Assembly (NCBI GenBank): GCA_964519405.1
Contig: CAZFLA010000001.1
Span: forward strand, 29,956 to 93,955
DNA: 64,000 nt
Direction of reading: 5' to 3'
Source of the DNA: an uncultured bacterium
Lineage (GTDB): Bacteria > Armatimonadota > HRBIN16
Under the pieces are notes generated by a model. That model did not search any database. It was not told where the DNA came from and was given only the letters and a program-made list of their open reading frames with translations. Positions 28,760 through 39,900 of this stretch are shown piece after piece. A program made the translations under genes and the position numbers. Position 1 is the stretch's first letter; every line of letters starts with the position of its first letter.

Positions 28760-29305
28760 ATGGTATTTTACGATATCATTCATGACAGCATTATGCTGAG
28801 GCAGATAGAACACTGTCATGCGATGGCGATATTTGATGAAGTTGAAGCTAGCCGAGACTGCTTACGCCTGTGGCTGCCATGGGTTGACGCAACGACTAGT
28901 GTTGCTGATATTGATGCGTTCATCACATCATCAAATAGGCGATACGATGAGGATGGCTCGGTAACAGCAATCATATCTTGGCGATCGCATATTAGCGGAA
29001 TTGTTTCGCTGATGAATCGCACTGAAGGGACATATGAGGTTGGATACTGGCTGTCGGTGAACTACCAAGGACATGGCATCATGACGACAGCAGTGCAGCT
29101 GATGGTCGATTATGCATTTGCCGTATTGCATGCCAAATGTGTTGAGATCCGGGTTCAACCGACGAATACCAAAAGCCGAGCCATACCAGAACGACTGGGA
29201 TTTACCATCATACGCATCGACCACATACAGGCCATCGAGATGGTTGTCTACAGCATGACACTGTGTCACTGGTCATCGGAAACAGACCGAATGAACGCGA
29301 TTTAG
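28760..29305 (+). CDS. GNAT-family N-acetyltransferase (RimJ/RimL-like)
   Basis: Acetyl-CoA-binding motif region YWLSVNYQGHGIMTTAV and the GNAT fold length. Confidence 0.7.
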   Translation: MVFYDIIHDSIMLRQIEHCHAMAIFDEVEASRDCLRLWLPWVDATTSVADIDAFITSSNRRYDEDGSVTAIISWRSHISGIVSLMNRTEGTYEVGYWLSVNYQGHGIMTTAVQLMVDYAFAVLHAKCVEIRVQPTNTKSRAIPERLGFTIIRIDHIQAIEMVVYSMTLCHWSSETDRMNAI

Positions 29306-29319
29306 ACTGTCATGGCTGC

Positions 29320-30015
29320 TTACACTGTTATTGTTATGCCAGAGGCTAGGATGGGCCTGTGATCTGAGGCAGGGCTTTCCATCACTCGGATGGCTTCAGC
29401 TTTAACGTCTTCAGTCGCAAGTATATAGTCTATGCGATGGGTGGGGGTATCGGCTGGGAACGTAAACTCTTCCGATCCAAGTTCGGTTGCCATGTCGCAT
29501 AATCCAGATTTCTTGATCAGTGTTTTTACCGCTTGCTTATCTGATGTTTCGTTGAAATCACCGCAGATGACTTTAGGCCCTGCTACCGCATTCATGATGC
29601 CTGAAATGAACGTGGCTTGGTTTACTCGTTCGGCAGAGCCAAGGCCGAGGTGTGTACAGAAAACACTGATAACTCCACCCTCCGATGCAACCTGAGCGTG
29701 AATGAGCCCTCGCTGTTCGTCCTCACTGGGAAGCAGATAGGTGTTGATCTTTGTAATCGGCAGTTTTGACAACAGCGCTATTCCGTAGTTGTAGTGAGCA
29801 AGGGGCAATACACCATGAAACAGTGTATTCATGCTTAGCGCTTTAGACAGCAGTGTTGGCTGATCACCAAATCCATGTCCTGGCTCCCATTGTTCCACCT
29901 CTTGTAGGCAGATAATGTCTGCATTCCACCGAAGCAGCTCTCCTGCGACACGATCAAGTGAACGGAAGTTGTCGATACCGCGTCCTGCACGAATGTTATA
30001 GGTTAGAATATTCAT
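29320..30015 (-). CDS. Endonuclease/exonuclease/phosphatase (EEP) family protein
   Basis: N-terminus MNILTYNIRAGRG...ADIICLQEV and a C-terminal SDHRP motif. Confidence 0.75.
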   Translation of the reverse strand: MNILTYNIRAGRGIDNFRSLDRVAGELLRWNADIICLQEVEQWEPGHGFGDQPTLLSKALSMNTLFHGVLPLAHYNYGIALLSKLPITKINTYLLPSEDEQRGLIHAQVASEGGVISVFCTHLGLGSAERVNQATFISGIMNAVAGPKVICGDFNETSDKQAVKTLIKKSGLCDMATELGSEEFTFPADTPTHRIDYILATEDVKAEAIRVMESPASDHRPILASGITITV

Positions 30016-31295
30016 TTGTTGTTGCCAATCACCTTGTTAGTATCTGCTGTCTGAATAGCGATGTTGCGAAATTGGACGTCTTGAACGCTGTTACCCACTA
30101 GGAACCGATCTGATTTCGTGCAGGTGACATTGATATTCTCAATGAGCACATTACGGAAATCAATCTGTTTGTATCCCTGGATGGTGCCTGGGTTATCACA
30201 CTCACCAGTGAAATTGCGAATCACGATGTTGCGGAAGTGCGAATATCCTTTATCTATCGGTAGAGCTGCCTTCGCGAAGTCCGCTTCCCAGTGCTCGTTC
30301 TGACCAAATGGGATCTCGCATGAGATTAACCGGGCGACATTCTTGATATGGAAGTTCTCAACGATGATGTTTTCCGCACCGCCGCCGCGCCCAAGCGCGG
30401 TTTTGAACCTGACGACAGGGTTGTAGTATCCGTATTTGGGGTCGGTATCGGTAAGCCCATCAACTGTGCAGTTCGTGGCATGAACATTGCGGATCCATCC
30501 GGATATCTCGCTGCCGCAGTCGATAACTCCATGCCCAGAACCGAAACGACAGTTCCGGATGATTACATTTTCTGTGGGGCGGTTTGCTTGGATACCTAGA
30601 ATATCCCGTCCTGATTTCAACGAGATGCCGTCGTCGGACACCGAAATATAACACCCTTCGATCAATACGTCGCTGGATGAGTCCACATCGATACCGTCCG
30701 AGCTAGGGGCCGCAACTGGGCCAATAGGTGCGGTTATCGTGAGGTTTCGCACCACGGCATGGCTGCAGTAAAGAAGGTGCAGGTTCCAGAATGAAGAATC
30801 TTTGAGGTGCAGTCCATCTATGTTGATATTGGAGCCGTTGCATACGCTGATCAGCTTAGGGTAGTTCGCCCAATCCGCCGGTTTGTCCTTAGCCTTTTGA
30901 TACTTCCAAAACTCCTGCCACCATTTCAGCCCGCTTCCATCGAGCGTGCCTTTACCGTAGATATGCACATCGGTGAGGCCCTTATCTTTATATGTGCCCG
31001 CATTGACAAGTGCAGCCGGACCTTTTAGCTCGCTGCCAGCCCACAGATTGGTCACCACCGCAAAGTCCTGACGGTTTTGCGATGCCTTCAATACTGCGCC
31101 TTCTTGTAGCCAAAGCTGAACGGATTGCTTCAAAAAGAGTGATCCCGATATGAATGTACCGGCAGGGATGACAACCACACCGCCGCCTTTACCAGCACAG
31201 ACATCAATAGCCTTCTGTATTGCCTTGGTGTTCAGTGTGTCAGCGTTAGCACGAGCACCATAATCCGTTATTTTATACTCAGTCGGGGTTTTCAT
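30012..31295 (-). CDS. Glycoside hydrolase family 28 (polygalacturonase-like, right-handed beta-helix)
   Basis: SDGIDV / DDGISLKSG / GSGHG motifs typical of GH28. ATGA overlap with the EEP gene. Confidence 0.8.
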   Translation of the reverse strand: MKTPTEYKITDYGARANADTLNTKAIQKAIDVCAGKGGGVVVIPAGTFISGSLFLKQSVQLWLQEGAVLKASQNRQDFAVVTNLWAGSELKGPAALVNAGTYKDKGLTDVHIYGKGTLDGSGLKWWQEFWKYQKAKDKPADWANYPKLISVCNGSNINIDGLHLKDSSFWNLHLLYCSHAVVRNLTITAPIGPVAAPSSDGIDVDSSSDVLIEGCYISVSDDGISLKSGRDILGIQANRPTENVIIRNCRFGSGHGVIDCGSEISGWIRNVHATNCTVDGLTDTDPKYGYYNPVVRFKTALGRGGGAENIIVENFHIKNVARLISCEIPFGQNEHWEADFAKAALPIDKGYSHFRNIVIRNFTGECDNPGTIQGYKQIDFRNVLIENINVTCTKSDRFLVGNSVQDVQFRNIAIQTADTNKVIGNNK

Positions 31296-31445
31296 GATGG
31301 CTCCTATACCTATGAGACAAATCCTACTGCTTTGATTACTGGTTTTATTATGCGCCTAAATTCCTGTGTGATACCTTGTGTGACACGGAAATGTGGAATA
31401 CAATATGGTAGATTAATCGATTAATTCGCATCTGAGGTTTTACAT

Positions 31446-33494
31446 ATGCAGAACTCCGATATGCCGTCACTTCCGTTTAGCAACGTCTCTGTTCCACAGC
31501 CATTGGCTCAAGCCGTGATCGATTGGGTGAAGTCAGCCTTTATAGCCACTGACACCGCGCAGCAGAGCGGCCAAATACTATTAAAGCCCACCGAACTACC
31601 GTTTAGTTTTATATATAATGGACATCCGGTTCATGAGCTGATATCAAGTTGGACGCACAAATCAACTTGTGAGCAGGTCGGCGAGCTCATGACGATCACC
31701 GCAGAATGGCAAGATCCTGACACGGCGCTTTGCGTAGTTGCCGATGTCAAGGTGTTTACCAAATACGCTGCTGTGGATTGGGTGCTGCATATTGAGAACC
31801 GCGGTGATGCTGATTCCCCGCTGATGGAAAACATCCAAACTGTCGATATTTCCTTGAAGACCGACAGCCGTGAAGCGACACCTGTGCTTCATCAGCTTCA
31901 TGGTGACTCGTGCGGGGGAATGAGCTTTGCTCCGTTCGATACGGATTTCTTTTGGCCTGGTCAAACATTCTCATTAGCGCCAAGTGGTGGTCGCCCCTCG
32001 AATGCTACAGCATTTCCGTTCTTTAACTTCGAATACGAAGGTCAGGGGATCATCACTGCGATAGGGTGGTCTGGTCAGTGGGCGGCGATTTTCCGACGTT
32101 CTGATGATAAACTCCAAACCACATTCAAGGCTGGTATGGAGTTAACACATTTAATACTGCACGCCGGTGAGAAGATCCGCACTCCGCGCATACTCATGAT
32201 GCCATGGGCGGCTGCTCGTGCTGAGGCACACAACAACTTCCGAAAGCTTTTGCTGGAGCATTACCAGCCCAAGCCAAACGGTCACTTAATAAACATGCCT
32301 GTTGTTTTGCAAACTTTCGATTTATACCATAACTTCACCACTGACCACGTTGATTTCCCAGGATGGGCAACCGAAGCTGGGCAGCTGGATGCCGTGGAGG
32401 CGGCTCACAAGCTGGGATGCGATACATACTGGTTTGATGCAGGTTGGTTTGTGGGTGACTTTCCGGCAGGTGCAGGCAACTGGTTCTGCAAACCGAAGGA
32501 GTTTCCTAACGGGTTAAAGCCTGTCAGCGATCGCTGTCATGAGCTTGGTATGAAGTTCGTGCTTTGGTTTGAACCCAACAGAGTGGCTCCCAACACTCAG
32601 ATTGCTAACGAGCACTCCGAGTGGCTGCTGGGCAGCGCTGAAGCAGATCGTCTGTATAACCTTGGTGATCCCGCGGCGCAGCGTTGGATGACGGATATGC
32701 TGTCCGCACGCATATCGGAATTTGGTGTTGATGTCTACAGAGAAGACTACAATATCGATCCGTTATCATTCTGGCGTATGAATGATACCGCTGACCGGCA
32801 AGGAATGACCGAGATCCGGTTTGTGGAAGGACATTACACGATGTGGGATGAGCTGCTAGAACGACACCCCGGCTTGTGGATAGACAACTGCGCAAGCGGT
32901 GGACGCAGAATTGACCTCGAAACATATTCACGCTCTGTGCCACTATGGCGCAGCGATACGGGTTGTTTTGCCGGACACCCAGAATGGAACCAACTGCAGT
33001 CCGCGGCGTTAAGCCAGTATTTGCCGCTGCATACTGCATGCGGCTGGCAGTCCGATGCCTATACACTGCGGAGCTCCGCAACGTCCGGCGTGATTGTGCA
33101 GCTGCCGTATCACGATATGGATTTTGATTATGAGTATGCCCGAAAAGCCATCGCTGAAGCGGACAGCTACAGGAAATACTGGTATGGTGACTTCTATAAC
33201 CTTACTGGAGTAACATCTAATATTGATGATATGATCGCCTATCAGTTCTTCAGAAAAGACTTGAATGCTGGGGTGGCGTATGTCTATCGAAGGCAACTAT
33301 GCTGCTATGCTGGCATCACACTATGTCTTCAGGGCTTAGATGAGGCGGCTATGTATCAGGTGACGTTTGTCGATGATGACCGCCAGGAATGTGCTCAGTC
33401 ACTGATCAGCGGAGCCGACTTAATGAACAAAGGTCTTGATGTGAAACTGCCGAAGAAAAGCAGTATGGTGATCCACTTATCGCAGGTGTCTTAG
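31446..33494 (+). CDS. GH36-family alpha-galactosidase-like enzyme
   Basis: WFDAGWF, YREDYNID, DNCASGGRRIDLE (the GH36 C-x-SGGG-R motif). 682 aa. Confidence 0.7.
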   Translation: MQNSDMPSLPFSNVSVPQPLAQAVIDWVKSAFIATDTAQQSGQILLKPTELPFSFIYNGHPVHELISSWTHKSTCEQVGELMTITAEWQDPDTALCVVADVKVFTKYAAVDWVLHIENRGDADSPLMENIQTVDISLKTDSREATPVLHQLHGDSCGGMSFAPFDTDFFWPGQTFSLAPSGGRPSNATAFPFFNFEYEGQGIITAIGWSGQWAAIFRRSDDKLQTTFKAGMELTHLILHAGEKIRTPRILMMPWAAARAEAHNNFRKLLLEHYQPKPNGHLINMPVVLQTFDLYHNFTTDHVDFPGWATEAGQLDAVEAAHKLGCDTYWFDAGWFVGDFPAGAGNWFCKPKEFPNGLKPVSDRCHELGMKFVLWFEPNRVAPNTQIANEHSEWLLGSAEADRLYNLGDPAAQRWMTDMLSARISEFGVDVYREDYNIDPLSFWRMNDTADRQGMTEIRFVEGHYTMWDELLERHPGLWIDNCASGGRRIDLETYSRSVPLWRSDTGCFAGHPEWNQLQSAALSQYLPLHTACGWQSDAYTLRSSATSGVIVQLPYHDMDFDYEYARKAIAEADSYRKYWYGDFYNLTGVTSNIDDMIAYQFFRKDLNAGVAYVYRRQLCCYAGITLCLQGLDEAAMYQVTFVDDDRQECAQSLISGADLMNKGLDVKLPKKSSMVIHLSQVS

Positions 33495-33507
33495 GTAATA
33501 TTGGCAG

Positions 33508-33540
33508 CCCTCCTTCCGGTGACAATCACCGGAAGGAGGG
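33508..33540. terminator. Bidirectional terminator, perfect 15-bp stem
   Basis: CCCTCCTTCCGGTGA-caa-TCACCGGAAGGAGGG between convergent genes. Confidence 0.7.
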
Positions 33541-33559
33541 TTGCTCTAGATGGTATGTG

Positions 33560-35881
33560 TTAGTCTTTCTGCTCTATCGAGTAGATGCACACCGACTTTA
33601 ACTGCACGGTGCCTGCGCCTGGCAACTGTATGCGCAGGGCGTGAATACGGTCTGCCGCTTTCCATGGCATGGTGAAGCAGAGTTTTGTTTGAGTGTTGGG
33701 GAACCTCAACTGACGCCACACCATATTGTCATAACTGCTGCCATCAACACTCCAGCGCAGCGGGAACTGCTTGATGGGGTTTTCAGAACGCATGTTTATT
33801 TCCACGAAGTAGAGTTTGTTCTTGTCAACCACTACATTCGACACAGGCAGATCGATATATGGGTCGTCACCGGTTGTGCGGAACTCGGCAACACCCTTAT
33901 TGCTCTTCGTATATTCCATGTTGTGCAGCATATTGGGTGACGCTTTCAGATTGCTGATGTCTTGCGCCCATAGTCGCTGAGATGCTGAATGTGTTTTGCC
34001 GTTAATCAGCTTACAGGTTAGATCATTTAGTGGCGCCATATCTTTAGCTAACCATGCCGACTCGGAGGCGTTCATGCTGCCAATGATCTTACTGGCTTTG
34101 TTGATCGCGGCTTGCCGTGATGTAGCCTGATCGGTGCTGCTGGCTTTCAGAACACATTCGGCAAGATCATCCCATGTCGACAGCGGCAGCGGCTCAACCA
34201 GCGTCGCCATGATCTCCTTGCGCGGCATGACCTTGAGCTTCCCATCTTTCTTAGCCTGTTCGACGATGGCCAATAGGTCTGATATCTTCGCACTGCAGTA
34301 TCCCGAACCACCATATACGCAGCCCTCACCGGAATACCATATCTTCACTTCGTCGCCAGATATCACAGCCGAACAAGCCCTTACACCAAGATCGCCCCAT
34401 GTGCCCCAGTCCGACCATGTCACGATGGGGTCGCTGTGGTTGAACGGCGGCTCTGTGGTGTTGATGTCGTCGTATTTCACCCAGTTGATGCCGTCAAGTG
34501 AAAAAGCCCAGCCAAGTCTTTTTACGCCAGCTACAAATTCGTCATTGGTGATGTGACCGTGATAGAAGCAATGGTAACTGGCACCCGATTTACCTTGGTA
34601 AATACGGGTTTGAGTTTCATTGTCACCGAGCTTGAGCATAGCTGCTGCCGATAGCCATCCGCTGTCCCAGTCGCCTGGCTCACCCTGAGTGATGACCGGG
34701 TTCAACGTAGACTTCTTCCAGTGGACACAGTCTTTGCTTTCGGCATAACCGAACTCGTTGCGGTAACCGCGTGATGGGTCGTTAATGCCGGTGAACCACA
34801 TCTTCCAGATATTACCGTCTTTGATGAACGAGTGGTCGCCGATGCAGATATCATCCCACGCGCCAAAGGGGCCTTGGTAGAGCAGGGGATTGTCTGGCTC
34901 TGGGGTCCAATGAATACCATCATTACTGCGATGCATACCCATGCCATCCCACCAGTTGGCATTGCAGGTAGATCCCGCGGGATGCCACATGATGTATTCG
35001 TCACCGTATTTCAATGTGTCGGCATCGGCTTCGTTGAAGTCACCCCATTGGCCTTTTGCTCCCAGAGGTTTCACTGCGCCGGTGCCTGCGGGTTGTGTCC
35101 AGGTGATGCCATCTTTTGATTCCGCATACCCTTGACCCGCGCCGTTGGAATACCACATTTTGTATGTGTCACCATCGAGTATGACGGTTGGTGAGTAAGC
35201 GTCGATGTTCAACGGGTTGTGCGGATATACCGTAAATGGCGACTTCGAGCGAGTTGCTGTCCGCACAATGACATCGCTGAAGGAACCCGTGGCTGCGGCT
35301 GCATAGAACCCAACCATGCCGCAGGGGTGCTCTGCGATCTTCTTTTCTACCACATGTCCGATGTATTTTTCGTCAACATAGCAGTATATGCCGGCACGGT
35401 CGGTTATGACCTTCATCCGGTAAGGGTGGTCAAACTTCGCAGTGAATGGGAATGTGCCTAAGGTTGTGTACTGCAGATTTCGAACCGTCTCGATGGTCAG
35501 CTTTTTATTCGGAGCGTTGAAGCGCACCATGATAAAGTTGTCGTGAGTGTCACCGCGCACGGTCAATCCCAACCCCGCCCACGATTCCCCATTGTTGCCG
35601 GTCATGTTGATCGTGGCTTCGTAAATGCAGTCGATCCACTCGTGACCAGGAACAAATGCTCGCGCCCGTATGGCGTGAAGGTCGGTGGATGTGATGCTGT
35701 TCTGCCCTTCCTGCCAACTGCCCTCATTAATGATGAGGTTCTTGTAGACCGATCGTCCAGATATGCTGTCTGGGGTGGTATCAATGCGTGTGAGTTGATC
35801 GGTGCCCGCCGATGCCGATGTTGTTAATGCCATAATGATTACCCCTACTAAACTCTTGAAGAGAGATGCGGTTTGATTCAT
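33560..35881 (-). CDS. Secreted glycoside-hydrolase-like protein: concanavalin/LamG-like domain plus a five-bladed beta-propeller (GH43/GH32/GH130-like) plus a C-terminal beta-sandwich
   Basis: Signal peptide. Repeated blade motifs YKMWYS, YIMWH, WKMWFTG, KIWYSG. Family assignment is uncertain. Confidence 0.5.
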   Translation of the reverse strand: MNQTASLFKSLVGVIIMALTTSASAGTDQLTRIDTTPDSISGRSVYKNLIINEGSWQEGQNSITSTDLHAIRARAFVPGHEWIDCIYEATINMTGNNGESWAGLGLTVRGDTHDNFIMVRFNAPNKKLTIETVRNLQYTTLGTFPFTAKFDHPYRMKVITDRAGIYCYVDEKYIGHVVEKKIAEHPCGMVGFYAAAATGSFSDVIVRTATRSKSPFTVYPHNPLNIDAYSPTVILDGDTYKMWYSNGAGQGYAESKDGITWTQPAGTGAVKPLGAKGQWGDFNEADADTLKYGDEYIMWHPAGSTCNANWWDGMGMHRSNDGIHWTPEPDNPLLYQGPFGAWDDICIGDHSFIKDGNIWKMWFTGINDPSRGYRNEFGYAESKDCVHWKKSTLNPVITQGEPGDWDSGWLSAAAMLKLGDNETQTRIYQGKSGASYHCFYHGHITNDEFVAGVKRLGWAFSLDGINWVKYDDINTTEPPFNHSDPIVTWSDWGTWGDLGVRACSAVISGDEVKIWYSGEGCVYGGSGYCSAKISDLLAIVEQAKKDGKLKVMPRKEIMATLVEPLPLSTWDDLAECVLKASSTDQATSRQAAINKASKIIGSMNASESAWLAKDMAPLNDLTCKLINGKTHSASQRLWAQDISNLKASPNMLHNMEYTKSNKGVAEFRTTGDDPYIDLPVSNVVVDKNKLYFVEINMRSENPIKQFPLRWSVDGSSYDNMVWRQLRFPNTQTKLCFTMPWKAADRIHALRIQLPGAGTVQLKSVCIYSIEQKD

Positions 35882-35960
35882 GTCAGACCTCCGCTCATGA
35901 AACTACAACTGTAATGTAACTGCAGCCAGCGGTATAAGCGATAGCTATGATTCCTAATGT

Positions 35961-36872
35961 TTGGCATTTCTTGTTATTATAGTGATGAAAAAGCGCCATT
36001 CTAGGTTGATTATGGCTCAGATGCTTGATCGACATGACTATTCTTATTCTGGTGGGCTCATCATGACGGAGATATCCAGTATCCTTCAACTGCCCAAAGT
36101 GGTGAATGCACGCGAAAGCGTGGGCGGTATACTCTCAGCGTATATCGATAGGGAGTATGTGCTGCAGTATTGTGTGAATGGTGAGGGAAGTTTTCGACTT
36201 CGCAACAACTTGTTTCACATCACCCCTGGCACCACATTCCTCATGCCGCCCCAGTTGCCGCATGCGCTGCATTTTATGAGGGAGGCCAGCGATTACCGCT
36301 ATATTGTGGTGCACTTTGCATTACCCGAAGGATCAACGCTGTTAAGGCACTTTCCACAGGTCGTTTCGTTGAGTAAAGCCGATGCAGCGGTTGTAGAGCG
36401 GTGTATGCGCGATATCGTCAAAGAGTATCACTCGGGCCAATCAGGCGCAGGATTAGTCATGGCAGGGTTGTTGGTTGAGGCGTTGGGGTTGTTTTGGCGC
36501 AATCGAGCGGAAGACACACCCAGTGATGTGGTGATTTCAACAGTATGGCGTGACATTGAGCGTGTCATCGGCTGGATGCACCAACAATATAATGAACCAC
36601 TCACGATATCTATGATGTCGGAGGCTGCGGAACTATCACCATCATATTTCTGTAAGGCTTTTAAGGAATTCACGGGCTGCAGCCCGCACCGGTATTTGAA
36701 CAATATAAGAGTAGAAAAAGCGGCGCACATTCTAAGCGAACGTGAGCTAACCTGCAGTGAGGTGGCTCAGCTTGTGGGGTATGCCGACATGGCAACGTTC
36801 AGCCGAGTGTTCCGCAGGATTATGTCCATATCACCCTCGCAATGGGTTCAGCAGTATTACCCAACTACTTGA
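35961..36872 (+). CDS. AraC-family transcriptional regulator. The start may be an internal Met.
   Basis: C-terminal double HTH (...SPSYFCKAFKEFTGCSPHRYLNNIRVEKAAHIL...) and an N-terminal cupin-like sensor. Confidence 0.8.
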   Translation: MAFLVIIVMKKRHSRLIMAQMLDRHDYSYSGGLIMTEISSILQLPKVVNARESVGGILSAYIDREYVLQYCVNGEGSFRLRNNLFHITPGTTFLMPPQLPHALHFMREASDYRYIVVHFALPEGSTLLRHFPQVVSLSKADAAVVERCMRDIVKEYHSGQSGAGLVMAGLLVEALGLFWRNRAEDTPSDVVISTVWRDIERVIGWMHQQYNEPLTISMMSEAAELSPSYFCKAFKEFTGCSPHRYLNNIRVEKAAHILSERELTCSEVAQLVGYADMATFSRVFRRIMSISPSQWVQQYYPTT

Positions 36873-36951
36873 TGAATGTAACTTGCTTGTAATAAAGAGG
36901 AACAGAATACCTCGGTGTTGAACCTTCTGGTAACATAGATTCCTTACATGG

Positions 36952-39900
36952 ATGGTGGCACGCATGTCTTCTAAAGCTCCTAGTGATACATTGACAATTG
37001 CTTCATTATCAGCAGATATCTCCAATGGAGCCATCGTGTCGCTCCGGAATATGCTGACGAAAGAGGTATATACAAAAACCTCAGCGGCATCATCTGCGTA
37101 TTCGCGGATATATCATCTTTCGGACTCTGTTCCGCAAAAGGAAGCTCCCTCGGCGTGTGTCACCAATAAAACGCAGGCTGGGATTATACACGTCAACAGT
37201 TGGACGAATAAGGCCAGTGTCAGTACATCCGTCTCAACGGACGGCAAGGATCTGACCATTACCCAGCAGGTAAACCATCCGAAAGGCGGGGTATACGGCG
37301 CCTCGTGGGAGATCGCAGACATCCCTGATTCCTACAGCATCATCGTGCCTGGTGAAAGCGGCCAGCGTTTCAGCAAGGCATCGGCGTTTGGTATCAAGCA
37401 ATTCGATTATCCGATGACATGGGAAGCTGCGTATGTGTTGATACAGGGAGAACGCGGTGGCGTGATCATCCGTGCAGTGGACCCGAAATATCACTACAAA
37501 CTGCTGTATGTGCAGCATCTGCCTGGGATATTTCGACTGCGGTTTGAGAGTAGAAATCAAGCCCCGTTTGACAACCTGAAGACAGTGATGCCTATTGAAT
37601 GGCGTGTGTCTGCATATCGCGGGGGCTGGCTGAACGGCGCCAGGATATATAACCAATGGGCCGAAAAGGCATACCACATGGTGCCCATTGAGCGAAAATC
37701 TGCACGTTGGCTGCCTGACATCCAGTTTGCAGTGACGATGTCACTAGACCAAACGCTGCTAGCCCCGTTAGCTAAGCAGGTGAACCCCAAACAGACTATG
37801 CTTTACCTGCCGATATGGCGAACCGATGGGTATGATAAAAACTATCCCAACTACGAACCAGCCGAAGGGTTTGCGGAGTTTGTTCAAAAAGCACACAGCT
37901 TCGGTTTTAGGGTGATGCCGCACTGCAACTATTTTGGATGCGACCCTAAGAACCCCTTATATAGCAGATTTGAGAAATACCAGATTCGTGACGCCTTTAC
38001 CAAAGCGCCAATGTGGTGGGAGACACCTACTGATTTGTCTATCAAGTTTGCATACATTAATCCTGCAAGCAAAGAGTGGCGTGAGCTGCTGATATCTAAG
38101 ATGAAGCAAATCGTCAGTAAATATGGTGTAGATGCAATTTACATAGACCAGCTTTTTTGTATCTACAATGATGGTGCTGGTTTAGTTGACGGGCTCAACA
38201 TGATTGAAGGTAATATCGCCCTCATGCGTGAACTGACCGAAGCACTGCCCAATATACCTATTGGCGGTGAGGGGCTTGATGAAGTGACTTGTTTATATCA
38301 GTCGTTCGCGCAACGGCACGAGCTGTCTATTGATTTCTTGGCCGGCACATGGAATACGGTCAGACTGGCTCATGCCCATGCTGTCAGTTCATCTCTGTTG
38401 TCAAGATATACCGTGATGGTTGGTTACTTAGGAATGCCTAATCCCGACAATGACCCCGAGCTCTACACGGCATGGCGAACGGGATACGAGTGTTATGGCG
38501 TGATACCGACTTTGCCATGGCCTAGTCTGGGTGAAATTACACAGCCCAATGCGATGCTGTCGCAGATATTCGAAGAAGCTCGCTTCTTTCAGAAATACAA
38601 GCCAAAACCCGATTTTGATACTTTCTGGGATGCGCGAGATAGATTCGTGTATCGGCTGGCAGATGGCCGACGCGCAGCATATCGTGATGACTTGGGCAGT
38701 TGCTTCCAAGTCGGCACCGCGGGTAAAGCACCGGAGACGCTTTTCCGACGAATTCAAGGCGTTAGCCATGTGACTTTACCTGGATCTATACCCAATTGGC
38801 CAGTATATAACGCTCGCGAAATCGGCGGGCTGGATCCAACAAAAGCATATGTGTGGAGTAAGCAACCGCGCGATGTGAAGGCTCTTCATATTGAAGCCCT
38901 AACGGCTGGGATTGCCGTATCCGGGGTTGGGGTAAATAAGGAATTTGTGCGAGTGCACCTTAAGAATGAGCTAAGCTCCATACGCTTGACTGATGATTCG
39001 TTGAAAGCATACTCGGGCGTGTATTTGGCAGATGGCAATACAAGGCAGTTTCCGGGTATAGGCTTTTCCGATGACTGTGGTGCTGCTGTGGCCCTTATTG
39101 GCCCTGCGATCTTTATGCATCCGCCGTGGAAGCCTACACCAAACGGTCCACAAGCACCAATTGGTAAACAAGGATTCGGGAATGCCTTTGTTCGCTATTC
39201 GCTGACTCTACCCAAAGCCACAGACATCAAACTGTCGGCAACTGTGAATCTACAACCGAATCAAAGTGGCAAATCAGATGGAATTATCATGATCGTCAAA
39301 GTGGAGTCCAATACTGGTGTGACTACTTCGAATATCTTCGCAGACACGATGCCTACACCGATCGACGTGAACATAACCAAACATGCTGGCAGAGCTGCAA
39401 CGATCTCGTTTATATTAACTCCAGGAGCTGAAGGTAACATCACTTGTGACGGCACCGTGTTGTCGAACCCCCTCATCAGCTTCGATTACAAAAGTGATGG
39501 CCATTTTGATATGGTCTCTCCAAAGCAGATAAAGTATGTTGTTGCTGCCTCTGGCAAACCGAACCTAACTAGGTTGGGTCAGCAAAGATACCGGATTCAA
39601 TGCACCATGCCGAATATGATCTCGGTGATATATGACGACCCACGTCAGATAGCCAAAACTGTAAGCCTGTTTGACATACCATATCAGGTCAGCCAGATCA
39701 GTGATCGTGGTGCCGAAACGGCCCCTAGCGGATGGTCGGCTGCTGGTGTTGGTGAAACCACAAGCATGAATGTGTCCAGGAAGGTGCTCTCCGAGCACCC
39801 GCCAAGCAATGGCAAGACGGTTGTGGACTACTGGATTCAGCTTCCGAAACGGAGCTGCAAGTTGGTTGGGTATACCGCGCTTCGTGATGGTTCCAAGTCT

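Noticed and set aside
32605-33081. 158-aa minus-strand ORF
   Set aside because: It is antisense inside the GH36 gene.
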